A stretch of 64,000 bases of DNA, taken from Candidatus Nealsonbacteria bacterium (GTDB lineage Bacteria; Patescibacteriota; Minisyncoccia; Minisyncoccales; RBG-13-42-11). The position numbers were made by a program, and so were the translations under genes. Under the pieces are notes generated by a model, which saw only the letters and a program-made list of their open reading frames with translations, was not told where the DNA came from and did not search any database. The stretch covers positions 8,939-72,938 of the forward strand of contig JAHXGN010000001.1 in NCBI GenBank assembly GCA_019923625.1, given 5' to 3'. Below are positions 30,610 to 39,841 of the stretch, piece by piece; the first letter of the stretch is position 1, and every line of letters begins with the position of its first letter.

Positions 30610-31381
30610 CTTTTTTAGAAAGAACCTGTTTTTTTAACCGACTTTTTTTCTTTTGTCTCTGGGTTTTTTCCCGAATTTTGGGAATTTTAACCAAAGAGGG
30701 AGCAAAGGTCTCGGAAATTAAAGAAAAATGTTTAATCAAAATATCTGAGGCCTGAAAAAGAGCTTCTTCTGGTTTTAAAGTGCCATCGGTTTCAATTTCT
30801 AAATTAAGTTTATCAAAATCAGTTCTTTCTCCAACCCTCATATTCTCAACCTTAAAGGCCACTTTTCTTACCGGGCTATAAATGGCGTCAAGGGGAATTA
30901 CCCCTATTTCTAATTTTTCTCTTTTTTTTAATTCTTTCGGTTGATAACCTATTCCTTTTTCAATTAATATTTCCATTTCTAATTCTGCCTTTTTTTCGGT
31001 TAAGGTGGCGATATGAACATCTTTATTTATTAATTCAACATGGCTGGGTAATTCAAAATCAGAACCATTTATTTTTTTCTCACCCTTTATTTTTAAAATC
31101 GCTTTTTGGGGTTCATCGCTAAAAATTTTAAATCTCATCTGTTTCAAATTAAGCATAATAGAAATTACATCTTCTAAAACCCCGGGGATAGTAGAAAATT
31201 CATGAGAGACCCCTTTAATTTTCATTTGAGTAACAGCTGCTCCTGGTAGAGAAGAAAATAAAACCCTTCTTAAGGAGTTGCCGATTGTCACTCCATAACC
31301 GGGATAAAGGGCTTCAATTTCAAATGTTGCTTTGTTTCCTTTTTTTTCAATAATTTTTGGTTTAAGAAAAAGAGGTATCAT
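30575..31381 (-). CDS. rpoA: RNA polymerase alpha subunit, N-terminal domain only, ending in a Lys-rich tail (no alpha-CTD)
   Basis: Alpha-NTD motifs (GYGVTIGNSLRRVLFSSLPGAAV). The C-terminus is KKKSRLKKQVLSKKDEKKKKGKKTK and overlaps the rplQ start by 35 nt. Confidence 0.75.
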   Translation of the reverse strand: MIPLFLKPKIIEKKGNKATFEIEALYPGYGVTIGNSLRRVLFSSLPGAAVTQMKIKGVSHEFSTIPGVLEDVISIMLNLKQMRFKIFSDEPQKAILKIKGEKKINGSDFELPSHVELINKDVHIATLTEKKAELEMEILIEKGIGYQPKELKKREKLEIGVIPLDAIYSPVRKVAFKVENMRVGERTDFDKLNLEIETDGTLKPEEALFQASDILIKHFSLISETFAPSLVKIPKIREKTQRQKKKSRLKKQVLSKKDEKKKKGKKTK

Positions 31382-31456
31382 AATAAAGTGATACTAATAT
31401 ACGAATTTATACCAATAATATGAATAATTGGTATATCGATATATTAGTGTTGATAT

Positions 31457-32086
31457 TTAACGTGAATAAAATTCAAAAATAGATGATAATTCGGCCGGAG
31501 GTATTACTTCATCCAAAGCGGGAACTCTTAACACCTTTCCTTCCAATTTTTCAAGATTTAATTCTAACCAAACAGGAAGACGTTGTTTTTTCAATAAAGT
31601 TGGCAGGTTTTTGAATATATTTTTTTTCTGCGATTGAAGTGAAATATTAATTCTATCTCCTTTCTTTACTTGATAAGAAGGGATATTGACTTTTTTACCA
31701 TTAACTAAAAATTGACCGTGGCTTATTAATTGTCTGGCTTGAAGACGAGAAGGAGTAAATCCTAATTGAAAAATAACATTATCTAATCTTGTTTCCAGTG
31801 CCACAATCAAAAGAAGGTCAAGATCTTCAACCCTACCTCTTTTTTTTAAAACTCCTTTGACATATTTTTTGAACTGACGTTCTCTTAAATGATACCAATT
31901 TTTTAATTTTTGCTTCTCTTTTAATTCTTTTCCGTATTCGGAAAGAGTTCTTTTCCTTCTTTTTCCGGTTAGACCGGGGGGATAAGGTCGTTTAATCATT
32001 GGACATTTTTGAGAAAAACATCTTTCTCCTTTTAAAAAAAGTTTTATTGCCAATCTCCGACAAATTTTACATTTTGAATTTTCCAT
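31457..32086 (-). CDS. rpsD: 30S ribosomal protein S4
   Basis: N-terminal Cys4 zinc finger plus an S4 domain. Confidence 0.85.
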   Translation of the reverse strand: MENSKCKICRRLAIKLFLKGERCFSQKCPMIKRPYPPGLTGKRRKRTLSEYGKELKEKQKLKNWYHLRERQFKKYVKGVLKKRGRVEDLDLLLIVALETRLDNVIFQLGFTPSRLQARQLISHGQFLVNGKKVNIPSYQVKKGDRINISLQSQKKNIFKNLPTLLKKQRLPVWLELNLEKLEGKVLRVPALDEVIPPAELSSIFEFYSR

Positions 32087-32160
32087 AAATCAATACCTGA
32101 TAAACATCGCCCTCCCGAGCGAAGCGAGGGGGAAGAAGAGACGAAGTCTCTTCGCCCCGC
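32087..32160. repeat. Family-A fragment in the rpsD-rpsK intergenic region (cccgagcgaagcgaggggg aagaagagac gaa gtctcttc)
   Basis: Seen in the sequence. Confidence 0.6.
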
Positions 32161-32161
32161 C

Positions 32162-32614
32162 TTACAACCTTCTTACTTTCGGTGGACGGCAGCCATTATG
32201 GGGAATTGGCGTAACGTCTCTGATTGAAGTAATTTCCAGGTCTCGAGCAGCGATTGAACGAAGGGCTGAATCCCGACCAGCTCCAACCCCTTTTATTAAA
32301 ATTTCAATTTTTTTGATTCCCATTTTCTGGGCGGTTTGAATTATCTGTTCCCCGGTTTTAGAAGCGGCAAAGGGGGTGCCTTTTTTTGTTCCCTTAAAGC
32401 CGATATTGCCGGCGCTCGTCCAATATAAAACATTTCCCTTTTTATCCGTTAAGCTCATTAACGTATTATTATATGAAGAAAAAATATAAATTTTCCCCTC
32501 TTGGGTTTTAGAGGGAATGGCGATTTTTGTTTCTTTTTGAATCTTTGTTTCTATTTTTTCTCTTTCCTTAAGAAGTTCTTGTTCGGTTTTAGCAACAATA
32601 CGTTTTTTCCCCAT
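32162..32614 (-). CDS. rpsK: 30S ribosomal protein S11
   Basis: S11 signature (TSIRDVTPIPHNGCRPPK). Confidence 0.85.
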   Translation of the reverse strand: MGKKRIVAKTEQELLKEREKIETKIQKETKIAIPSKTQEGKIYIFSSYNNTLMSLTDKKGNVLYWTSAGNIGFKGTKKGTPFAASKTGEQIIQTAQKMGIKKIEILIKGVGAGRDSALRSIAARDLEITSIRDVTPIPHNGCRPPKVRRL

Positions 32615-32625
32615 ATTAAGTTGAT

Positions 32626-33015
32626 TTAGGTTGGTGTTGGGGCTGGTTTTTTGCCCGAGCCAACGGATTTCCTAATATTTCCTCTTATTGTTCTGGTATT
32701 TTTCTTTGTTTTTTGACCCCTAACCGGCAAACCTTTTAGGTGACGAATCCCTCGCCAACAACCAATATCTTTTAATCTTTTAATGCTCATCATTATTTCT
32801 CTTTTCAGGTCGCTCTCAACTTTATATTTTTTTTCAATAATTTCTCTTAAACGATTGGTTTCTTCCGACGTTAAATCCTTTGCTCTAACCGAAAATGATA
32901 TTTTCGCTTCATTTAAAATTTTCTTGGCTAAAGATAAGCCAATCCCATAAATATAGGTTAAGGCAATCTCTATTTGTTTTTTTTCGGGGATATTCACCCC
33001 GGCAATACGTGGCAT
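32626..33015 (-). CDS. rpsM: 30S ribosomal protein S13
   Basis: [10 protein letters not shown]... S13 signature. Confidence 0.85.
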   Translation of the reverse strand: MPRIAGVNIPEKKQIEIALTYIYGIGLSLAKKILNEAKISFSVRAKDLTSEETNRLREIIEKKYKVESDLKREIMMSIKRLKDIGCWRGIRHLKGLPVRGQKTKKNTRTIRGNIRKSVGSGKKPAPTPT

Positions 33016-33120
33016 AAATAATCAACGAATTACGAATTGAAATGAATCCCGCCCTTGAGAGCTGCTTCTTCGTCCCTTCGTCCCCTCGAACCACCTTATT
33101 CCTATTTTAATTTTCTTTTT

Positions 33121-33390
33121 TTATTTGTAAGCACTGCCGCGCCAATCGATGACTTCAACATAAACTCTTTTCCTTTCAAAATTAAATTCGGCAATAATTC
33201 TTAATTTGCCGATTTTGATTCTATGAAACCCGAGCCATTTGCCTTTAATCTTAACGATATCAATATTTACATCCTCTCCTTGAAATTTTTTGAGAGTTTT
33301 CTTTATGATTTCGATAATCTCATTTTGAGAAATTTTATTCACTTCCAGAAACCTTAGCGCCCGGCTATGAAGGTCTATCTGCCAATTCAT
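33121..33390 (-). CDS. Type II toxin, RelE/ParE superfamily
   Basis: 89 aa. C-terminal IKGKWLGFHRIKIGKLRIIAEF..RKRVYVEVIDWRGSAY matches the RelE/ParE core. Overlaps the upstream ORF by 4 nt. Confidence 0.6.
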   Translation of the reverse strand: MNWQIDLHSRALRFLEVNKISQNEIIEIIKKTLKKFQGEDVNIDIVKIKGKWLGFHRIKIGKLRIIAEFNFERKRVYVEVIDWRGSAYK

Positions 33391-33584
33391 ATCTTGAATT
33401 TGACGCTTTTAGCAACTTTGCGTGTTGGCTTTCTGTATAATCTTTCAATTTCTTTCTGTTCTTTTTCAGAAACAAACGGAAATAAATCCGCCTTCAATTT
33501 CATAAATTCCGAAGTTAACACTTCTTTCAGGGTTTCTCTAAACAAATTTTTTAATTTTGTCTCAGTAATAGTGATATTAGCCAT
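33387..33584 (-). CDS. Putative cognate antitoxin (65 aa)
   Basis: Small ORF immediately upstream of the toxin with an ATGA overlap, the classic antitoxin-then-toxin arrangement. Confidence 0.45.
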   Translation of the reverse strand: MANITITETKLKNLFRETLKEVLTSEFMKLKADLFPFVSEKEQKEIERLYRKPTRKVAKSVKFKI

Positions 33585-33786
33585 GATAATTCTATTTTAT
33601 CCAGTTTTTTAACCTTTGTCAATCAAAAATTACTATTCCCAATCCCCAATCCTTGTAAAGGGGTCAAGTAAGGCTTAGCTTTGACGAATTTCCAGTTTTG
33701 AATTTTACGTTGTGGTTTTTCATTTTTCGCTTCACGCTTTTCGCTAACATTAGTTAGCGTAAAATAGAGTTGACCCCATTTTCCCC

Positions 33787-33900
33787 TTACCCTTGTCTTT
33801 GTTTATGTTTTGGGTTTTCACAAATTACATAAAGTCGTCCTTTTCGACGAACGATTTTACATTTTTGGCAAATTTTTTTAATTGATGACTGTACCTTCAT
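33787..33900 (-). CDS. rpmJ: 50S ribosomal protein L36
   Basis: Reverse-complement translation [37 protein letters not shown] (37 aa). Not in the ORF track because it is shorter than 60 aa. Confidence 0.85.
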   Translation of the reverse strand: MKVQSSIKKICQKCKIVRRKGRLYVICENPKHKQRQG

Positions 33901-34004
33901 TTTTTCACTTCGTGAAAAATTAGTCGGTCGCCTTCGGCGACCTCTTCCGCTGATTTAAGCTGATATATTTTCAACGTCTATTCAGCCTAGTTATCAACGT
34001 TATT

Positions 34005-34229
34005 TCAGCGGCCACGATATACTATTCTTCCTCTTTTTGTATCAGAGGGATTTATTTCTACCGTCACTCTGTCTCCGGGCAAAATTTTAATTTTATAAAT
34101 TTTTAATTTTCCGGCTAAATGGCAAAGGGATTCCTGTCCATCGTCAAACCTGACTCTAAAATTGACATTGGGTAAGGTCTCAAAAACCATTCCGCTCTTT
34201 CTTATTATATTTTTTTTATTTTGATTCAT
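34005..34229 (-). CDS. infA: Translation initiation factor IF-1
   Basis: S1-like OB fold (GMVFETLPNVNFRVRFDDGQESLCHLAGKLK). Confidence 0.85.
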   Translation of the reverse strand: MNQNKKNIIRKSGMVFETLPNVNFRVRFDDGQESLCHLAGKLKIYKIKILPGDRVTVEINPSDTKRGRIVYRGR

Positions 34230-34261
34230 CTATCTGTTAATAAAATAACAAATATCTCAAA

Positions 34262-34388
34262 ATTAGTCAACCCAGTTAAATAAAATCTGAAAGATTTTAG
34301 ACCAAAGGGTCTATTTAACGGGGTCAACCCAGTTAAATAAAATCTGAAAGATTTTAGACCAAAGGGTCTATTTAACGGGGTCAAACTT
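34262..34388. repeat. Exact tandem duplication (2 x about 67 bp: gtcaacccagttaaataaaatctgaaagattttagaccaaagggtctatttaacgggg) containing the palindrome tagaccaaagggtcta
   Basis: Seen in the sequence, between infA and the downstream hypothetical gene. Confidence 0.85.
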
Positions 34389-35610
34389 TAGACTAATTTT
34401 AATTCGTTCAAAATCGGCCGGGATTCTTTGAAGCCAAAAAGGGAATGTTTTAATTTCAATTTTGTTAATTTCCGGTTGTTCTTTCAAAAACAATTTCATG
34501 TCTTGGATTGATTTGCCGATTGATTCTTTTTTAATAAAATTCTTGTCAATTACCGGAAAAATTTTGCCCCCAACCTCCAAACTTAAAATCATTTCGTTTT
34601 CAACAAAATTAACCGATTTGAGAGTAGAATTAAAATTTAAACTTTCTTTAAGAAAAAGTTTATCGGCTGGTAAATTTTCTTCAATATGTTTTTGAATGAA
34701 TTTTTCAAGTTCCGCTTTTTGAAAAGCCAATCCCTTGGTTTTAATTTTGACTTCAGAAGTAAAGGACTCTGCTTCCTGGCCGGCTTTTTTTGAAAAAGAA
34801 CTGCTAATAATCTCTTGGGAAATTGCCTGATTGAGTAAAGATAAACCCGAAGGGATTTCTAATTTGAGGGATTCTTTACTTTTTTGTTTTGATTTTTCCG
34901 TTAAGATATTTTCCGCCTCCTTTAAATCTTGACTAGTTACTTGAGCCACTTTTTTCCTAAAACCACCCTCCATTGGCTGGAAAGATTGGCCATGAAGAGC
35001 AAAAAATAGCGGGGTACCGGCCAGTCCTGGAATAGAAAAATTAGACGGACCAATATTATATTCTTGACCAGCCTCAGCGGCTATTACTTCAATATCAATA
35101 AATCCGGCAACTAATCTTCCCCCTTCCCATTTTTGACCCGGAATTCTTTCTCTTTTAATTGAGCGGAATAACTTTCCATCACCGGAAACAAAACGAGTGT
35201 TAGCCACTAAAACCTGAGGAGAGGTTGAGTGGTTATTGTAGACCCGAATAAAACCCTTAGCCCTTCCTTCTTTCAAAACCCTGCCAGTAGAAGAAAACTC
35301 CTGGCTAAAAGTGTCTTCTCTTTCTAAAATTTTGGCTGGAATAATTTTTTCTTTAAGGGGGCTTGGAACCGATATTTCTTCTTCGACCACCCTAACTTCT
35401 TTTTTAAAATTCAATCTTTCTGTTTCCGGCCAAATTATAATTTCGGCTTTGGAAAAAATAAAATGAAGGGAAAAAGCAGTAATTATTAAAAAAACAAAAA
35501 CCGAGCCAAAAATTTTAACCCATTTTTTATTTTTTTTCTCAAATCTGATGAAGCCGTTGTTTCATTTTCCTCAAAAAAAGGTGTTTTGGGTGGAAAAATA
35601 TCAATAATTT
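34368..35610 (-). CDS. Hypothetical secreted/membrane protein. The ATG at 35610 and the main body (34368..35414 and upstream) are joined only through a -1 shift in an A-rich run
   Basis: ATG-initiated frame MRKKPKKIIDIF... stops after 60 codons. The -1 frame continues KKNKKWVKIFGSVFVFLIITAFSLHFIF (a transmembrane segment) into the 348-aa ORF, which otherwise starts at TTG. Confidence 0.4.
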
Positions 35611-35612
35611 TT

Positions 35613-36977
35613 TTAGGTTTTTTTCTCATAATCAAGAAGGAATAAAAAATTGGGGGTATATTGAGGATTATTAAAATCTTTTTTGTTTATTTTCTCAATG
35701 TTTTTAAAATTTTCCGAATAGTCGAAGAAGATTCCTTCTTCTCCGCCCCTCGCTGCGCTCGGGTAGTCGCTGAGGGCCTCGCCCTCATCTCCACCCTTTG
35801 CTGCTCTCGGGTAGTCGCTGAGGGCTTCGCCTTCATCTCCACCCTTCGCTGCGCTCGGGTAGTCGCTGAGGGCTTCGCCTTCATCTCCACCCTTCGCTGC
35901 GCTCGGGTAAATGAATTTTACCTTAGGTCCATCTATGAAAAAAAATTCTTGCCAATCGCCATTTTCTAAAATTTCTTTGATTTCTTCAAGTAGACTTCCT
36001 CCGCCAAAAATAAAAATGGTTGAGGGAAAAATTTTTATTTGGGTCATTTCTGCCAATTTTATTTTAAGATTTTTAAACCATTCATTTTTTTCAAAAGAAA
36101 AAAACTCTTTAATTTTGTTGGTTGTTTCTAAACTTAAAAGTTTTTTTGAATATTTTTCTTTTAAAATTCTGGCTTCCTTTAACCTCATTGCCAATTTTTG
36201 AGAAAGCTTTTCGTCAAAAAAATTCGCCCCGACTGGAAATTCATCAAGCGCTTCTATTTTTTTGTTTTTAAAAATAAAAATTTTGGTTAGTTTGGCGCCG
36301 ATATCAAGATAAATGCCGTCTGACCTTTCATTGTTTTCAACAAAAGAAATTAATCCCTGGGTTTGGCTCAAATAAGATAAACCTTCTTCTCCGCGAAAAT
36401 TTAATTCTTTGAAAATTTTTTGATGGTTTTCAAAACAGACCTTGGGTAAAAAGGCGGCTAAAATTTTAAACTCCAAATTTTTTCCTTGATATCCTTCCAA
36501 AACTGGTATTTCATAGCCATTAATTTTTATTTCTAAAACTCTTAAAGAAAGAAAATGGAAATCTTCCGGTAAAATTCCAAAATCCCCGGCTAATTTTTGA
36601 GAAACTTGTTTTTTGGTTCTTTGAAAAATTTTTTGATAAATTTCATTTTTTTCTTTTTCTTTAATAATCTCTGTTTCGCTTTCTCTGATTAAAAACTGAT
36701 GATAAATTTTCTCTTTTAAAGCATGAGGGGGTAAACCAATAATTAAGGATTTTATTTTTCCTTTCTCTTCTTTTATCCAAGCCGCGGCAAAAGAAAGATT
36801 TTTTTTAATAATCTCTATTTCTAAATCCTCATCTTTTTCAAAATATTCCAAAAAGCTTTTTAAAATAAAAAATTTCTCTTTTTCTTTTTTAAAAATTAGA
36901 GATTTTATCGCCTGACTGCCAATATCCAAACTGACAAAAAATTCTTTTTCTTTTTTCCTTGGGAAAAACCATTTCAT
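35613..36977 (-). CDS. Actin-fold ATPase of the FtsA/PilM family with 3.5 C-terminal 16-aa tandem repeats
   Basis: N-terminal VSLDIGSQAIKSLIF phosphate-1 motif. The C-terminus repeats DYPSAAKGGDEGEALS. Confidence 0.45.
   Translation of the reverse strand: MKWFFPRKKEKEFFVSLDIGSQAIKSLIFKKEKEKFFILKSFLEYFEKDEDLEIEIIKKNLSFAAAWIKEEKGKIKSLIIGLPPHALKEKIYHQFLIRESETEIIKEKEKNEIYQKIFQRTKKQVSQKLAGDFGILPEDFHFLSLRVLEIKINGYEIPVLEGYQGKNLEFKILAAFLPKVCFENHQKIFKELNFRGEEGLSYLSQTQGLISFVENNERSDGIYLDIGAKLTKIFIFKNKKIEALDEFPVGANFFDEKLSQKLAMRLKEARILKEKYSKKLLSLETTNKIKEFFSFEKNEWFKNLKIKLAEMTQIKIFPSTIFIFGGGSLLEEIKEILENGDWQEFFFIDGPKVKFIYPSAAKGGDEGEALSDYPSAAKGGDEGEALSDYPRAAKGGDEGEALSDYPSAARGGEEGIFFDYSENFKNIEKINKKDFNNPQYTPNFLFLLDYEKKT
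35715..35905. repeat. 3.5 x 48-nt in-frame tandem repeat (..cccgagcgcagcgaagggtggagatgaaggcgaagccctcagcgacta..), related to family A
   Basis: Shares agcgaaggg(g/t)(c/g)ggagatgaag with the 38295-38345 intergenic copy, and cccgagcg...agcga with the S9/L18/L22 copies. Confidence 0.8.
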
Positions 36978-36999
36978 TATTTAATTATAAATAAAATGT

Positions 37000-37509
37000 T
37001 TATGAGAAACGGTCGGCTACTGTGGCAGCGGCAAATGCCTCGGGTTTAATTTTTGGTTCAAAACCGCTACCTTTAATCAGTCCCGTTATTTCTTTTATCA
37101 TTTCCCGGGTTAAACCATTTTTGCCAATATCGGCATGAATGTAGCGAAATTGATAATCTATTGGTTCAGAAATGGTTTTTAATTTTTTTGACAAATTTTC
37201 TTTCAAATAGAGGGCTAATTCACATGATAATAAAACTTCTTCTAAAACCCTTGTTTTCCAATTATAAAACCTTCGATTTTTATAATTAATTTTTTTAAGA
37301 AAAAAACGTCCGCCCTCCCCTTTTCTTAAAATCACCACTGCTAAAGGAAAATTGGGTTCTTGACCAGAAGAAGAATCACAACCAACAATAATATCGTAAA
37401 ATTTTTCCGGTTTTTCATTAATATAATTTAAAATTTCCCCAATCATCTGATTGAATCTTAAATTCCCTTGACTGGGATTATAAAAAAAACCTTCTGAAAA
37501 ATTATTCAT
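37000..37509 (-). CDS. Hypothetical protein (possibly an RNase H-like/EndoV-like DUF99-type fold; motif IVGCDSS)
   Basis: Weak motif resemblance only. Confidence 0.3.
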   Translation of the reverse strand: MNNFSEGFFYNPSQGNLRFNQMIGEILNYINEKPEKFYDIIVGCDSSSGQEPNFPLAVVILRKGEGGRFFLKKINYKNRRFYNWKTRVLEEVLLSCELALYLKENLSKKLKTISEPIDYQFRYIHADIGKNGLTREMIKEITGLIKGSGFEPKIKPEAFAAATVADRFS

Positions 37510-37540
37510 AAATAATAAATAACAAATTTTTCCTGAAAAG

Positions 37541-38287
37541 TCAAACTAGGTTAAGATTTTTCAGGGTTTGAAAAAATTCTTGAATATTAAGAGAGGCGCC
37601 CCCGAGTAAAAGACCGGAAAAACCGGCTTCTCGGATATAACCGACAGTATTTTCAGAATTAACGCTTCCGCCGTAAAGAATGGGGATATTTTTATTTAAT
37701 TTTTCCTCAATAGTAATTCTTATTTTTTTTGCCTTATCAATACTGCAGGGCTTGTTGGTTCCAATAGCAGAAATTGGTTCGTAAGCAATAATTAAACTTG
37801 ATAATTCTTTTTCAGTAAGACCGCTAAAATCGCCTCGTTTTTTTAAGAATTTCGGTATTTGAGAAACGTTCTCAATGCATAATATTGGTTTTAATCCCTG
37901 TTTAAGGGCGGCCTTTAGTTTTTTATTAATCATTTCATCGGTCTCTTTCTGATATTTTCTTCTTTCGGAATGACCGATTATTACGTAGTCCACTCCTAAA
38001 TTTTTAAGCATTGCTGGAGAAATTTCCCCGGTAAAGGCGCCTTTTTCTTGCCAAAAACAATCCTGAGCGCCCAATTTGACCAATGGCTGATGACTGATGA
38101 CTGATGACAAAATCGGTAAATAAACAAATGGTGGGCAAATAACAACTTCTACATTTTTTATGCCCTTAATCCCCTTCTTTGTTGAATTAAAAAGGAGCTT
38201 AGCTCCTTTTAGAGTTGCCGGATTACATTTCCAATTGGCAACAACTAATATCTTTTTCATTGATTGTTTGATACAAATTTCCTTCAA
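37541..38287 (-). CDS. tpiA: Triosephosphate isomerase
   Basis: ANWKCN, the catalytic His loop (IGHSERR) and YGGS motifs. Confidence 0.85.
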   Translation of the reverse strand: MKEICIKQSMKKILVVANWKCNPATLKGAKLLFNSTKKGIKGIKNVEVVICPPFVYLPILSSVISHQPLVKLGAQDCFWQEKGAFTGEISPAMLKNLGVDYVIIGHSERRKYQKETDEMINKKLKAALKQGLKPILCIENVSQIPKFLKKRGDFSGLTEKELSSLIIAYEPISAIGTNKPCSIDKAKKIRITIEEKLNKNIPILYGGSVNSENTVGYIREAGFSGLLLGGASLNIQEFFQTLKNLNLV

Positions 38288-38294
38288 CTACCCA

Positions 38295-38345
38295 AGCGTC
38301 ACAGCGAAGGGGCGGAGATGAAGATTTATCTTCATCGACTATTGA
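38295..38345. repeat. Intergenic family-A fragment (cagcgaaggggcggagATGAAGATTTATCTTCATcgac), a palindrome
   Basis: Seen in the sequence between tpiA and map. Confidence 0.7.
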
Positions 38346-38384
38346 GCCGGCCAAGACGAGGCGAGAATGGAAATTTAATTTTCT

Positions 38385-39128
38385 TCATATAGTTAAAATT
38401 TTGGCTCCATTTCTGGTGACAGTAATTGTATGTTCAAAATGGGCCGAGAGAGACCCGTCTTGGGTTTCAAAACCAAAACCGTCTTTTGATTTTTTGATTT
38501 TCCAGCCGCCCATCGTAATCATTGGTTCTAAACAAAAAACCATGCCTTCGACAAGCTCGGGCCCGGTCCTTCTTTTACCGTAGTTAAGTATTTTTGGGTC
38601 TTCGTGGATTTCTCTGCCAATTCCGTGACCGCAAAGGTCTCTGACAATATTAAAACCCTGATTCTCAACATATCTTTGGATGGTGTTTCCAATATCGCCA
38701 AAAGTATTGCCGGGCCGAATTTTTTTAATGCCGCGCTTTAAGGCCTTTTTTGTCACCCTGATAAACCGTTGAACTTCGGGAACAACTTTTCCAACCGGAA
38801 TGGTAATTGCCATATCGGTGTGAAAACCCTTATAGAAAATCCCCAAATCAAGAGAAATAATATCGCCTTCTTTCAGTTGACGAGCCGAGGGCGCGACATG
38901 AACAATCTCCTGGTTAATTGAAGTACAAAGGCAAGTTGGAAATCCTTGATATCCCTCAAACGAACATTTTCCTCCATATTTAAAAATCAGATTCTTGGCA
39001 AAATTGTCTAATTCTTTTGTTTTAATTCCCGGCCTTACTTGTCTTTCCAATTCTTTCATAATTTTTGCCAGAATTCTGCCGCCCTCTGTCATTACCTCAA
39101 TTTCCTCTTTTGTTTTTATTGGAACCAT
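38385..39128 (-). CDS. map: Methionine aminopeptidase type I
   Basis: Conserved metal ligands in the motifs DLGIFYKGFHTD...HGIGR...FCLEPM...FEHT. Confidence 0.85.
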   Translation of the reverse strand: MVPIKTKEEIEVMTEGGRILAKIMKELERQVRPGIKTKELDNFAKNLIFKYGGKCSFEGYQGFPTCLCTSINQEIVHVAPSARQLKEGDIISLDLGIFYKGFHTDMAITIPVGKVVPEVQRFIRVTKKALKRGIKKIRPGNTFGDIGNTIQRYVENQGFNIVRDLCGHGIGREIHEDPKILNYGKRRTGPELVEGMVFCLEPMITMGGWKIKKSKDGFGFETQDGSLSAHFEHTITVTRNGAKILTI

Positions 39129-39142
39129 TCTTCTCTTCTCCC

Positions 39143-39841
39143 TTATAGAGATTTTAAGATATCTTTAAAAACATTTTCAATGCTTTGCTGACCATTTATT
39201 TCAATTAACCTTCCTTGTTTCCTGTAATATTTTATTGCCCGTATTGTTTTTTTCTTATACTCTTGCAATCTTTCTTTTATAGATTCAATTTTATCATCGG
39301 GTCTAATAATAAATTCTCCCCCGCATTTGTCACATTTTTTAAGTTTTTTAAATTCTCCAATCCAAGGAATAGGTCTACCACATTTTTTACATTGCCTTCT
39401 TTTAGTTAATCGATTAAAACATTCTTTTCTTGAAATATTAATAAGAATAACTTTCACGTTTTTACCCCATTCATACCAATTCAAAGCTTCATCTGCCAGG
39501 ATAGCTTCAATAAGTATTCTGGTCCAGCCATCCAAAACAAACCCATTAATTTTTGGACGTTTTTTTAATTTTTCTAATTCGTCTCCCAAAATTTTAGAAA
39601 CGGCAAAACTGGGAACCAATTCTCCTTTTCCCATAACTTTAATGAGTTTTTTCCCGGTGAAATCACTTATCTTTTGCCGGGCACGAAGAACATCACCGCT
39701 TCCGATATATTCTAATCTAAATTTTTCAGCAAGTAGTTTAGCCTGCGTTCCCTTACCCGAACCCGGCGGACCTAAAATAATAAGCACCTTTAGATTTTGA
39801 TTTTTAGAAAGTTTCATATTCGTGCATTTGAAGCTGGGCAT
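39143..39841 (-). CDS. adk: Adenylate kinase with Zn-ribbon LID
   Basis: GPPGSGKGTQ P-loop and CKKCGR...CDKCGG motifs. Confidence 0.85.
   Translation of the reverse strand: MPSFKCTNMKLSKNQNLKVLIILGPPGSGKGTQAKLLAEKFRLEYIGSGDVLRARQKISDFTGKKLIKVMGKGELVPSFAVSKILGDELEKLKKRPKINGFVLDGWTRILIEAILADEALNWYEWGKNVKVILINISRKECFNRLTKRRQCKKCGRPIPWIGEFKKLKKCDKCGGEFIIRPDDKIESIKERLQEYKKKTIRAIKYYRKQGRLIEINGQQSIENVFKDILKSL

Noticed and set aside
34262-34388. Possible CRISPR array
   Set aside because: There are only two identical 67-bp units, tandem without spacers. No other repeat-spacer architecture exists in the window, and no cas1/cas2 genes are present.
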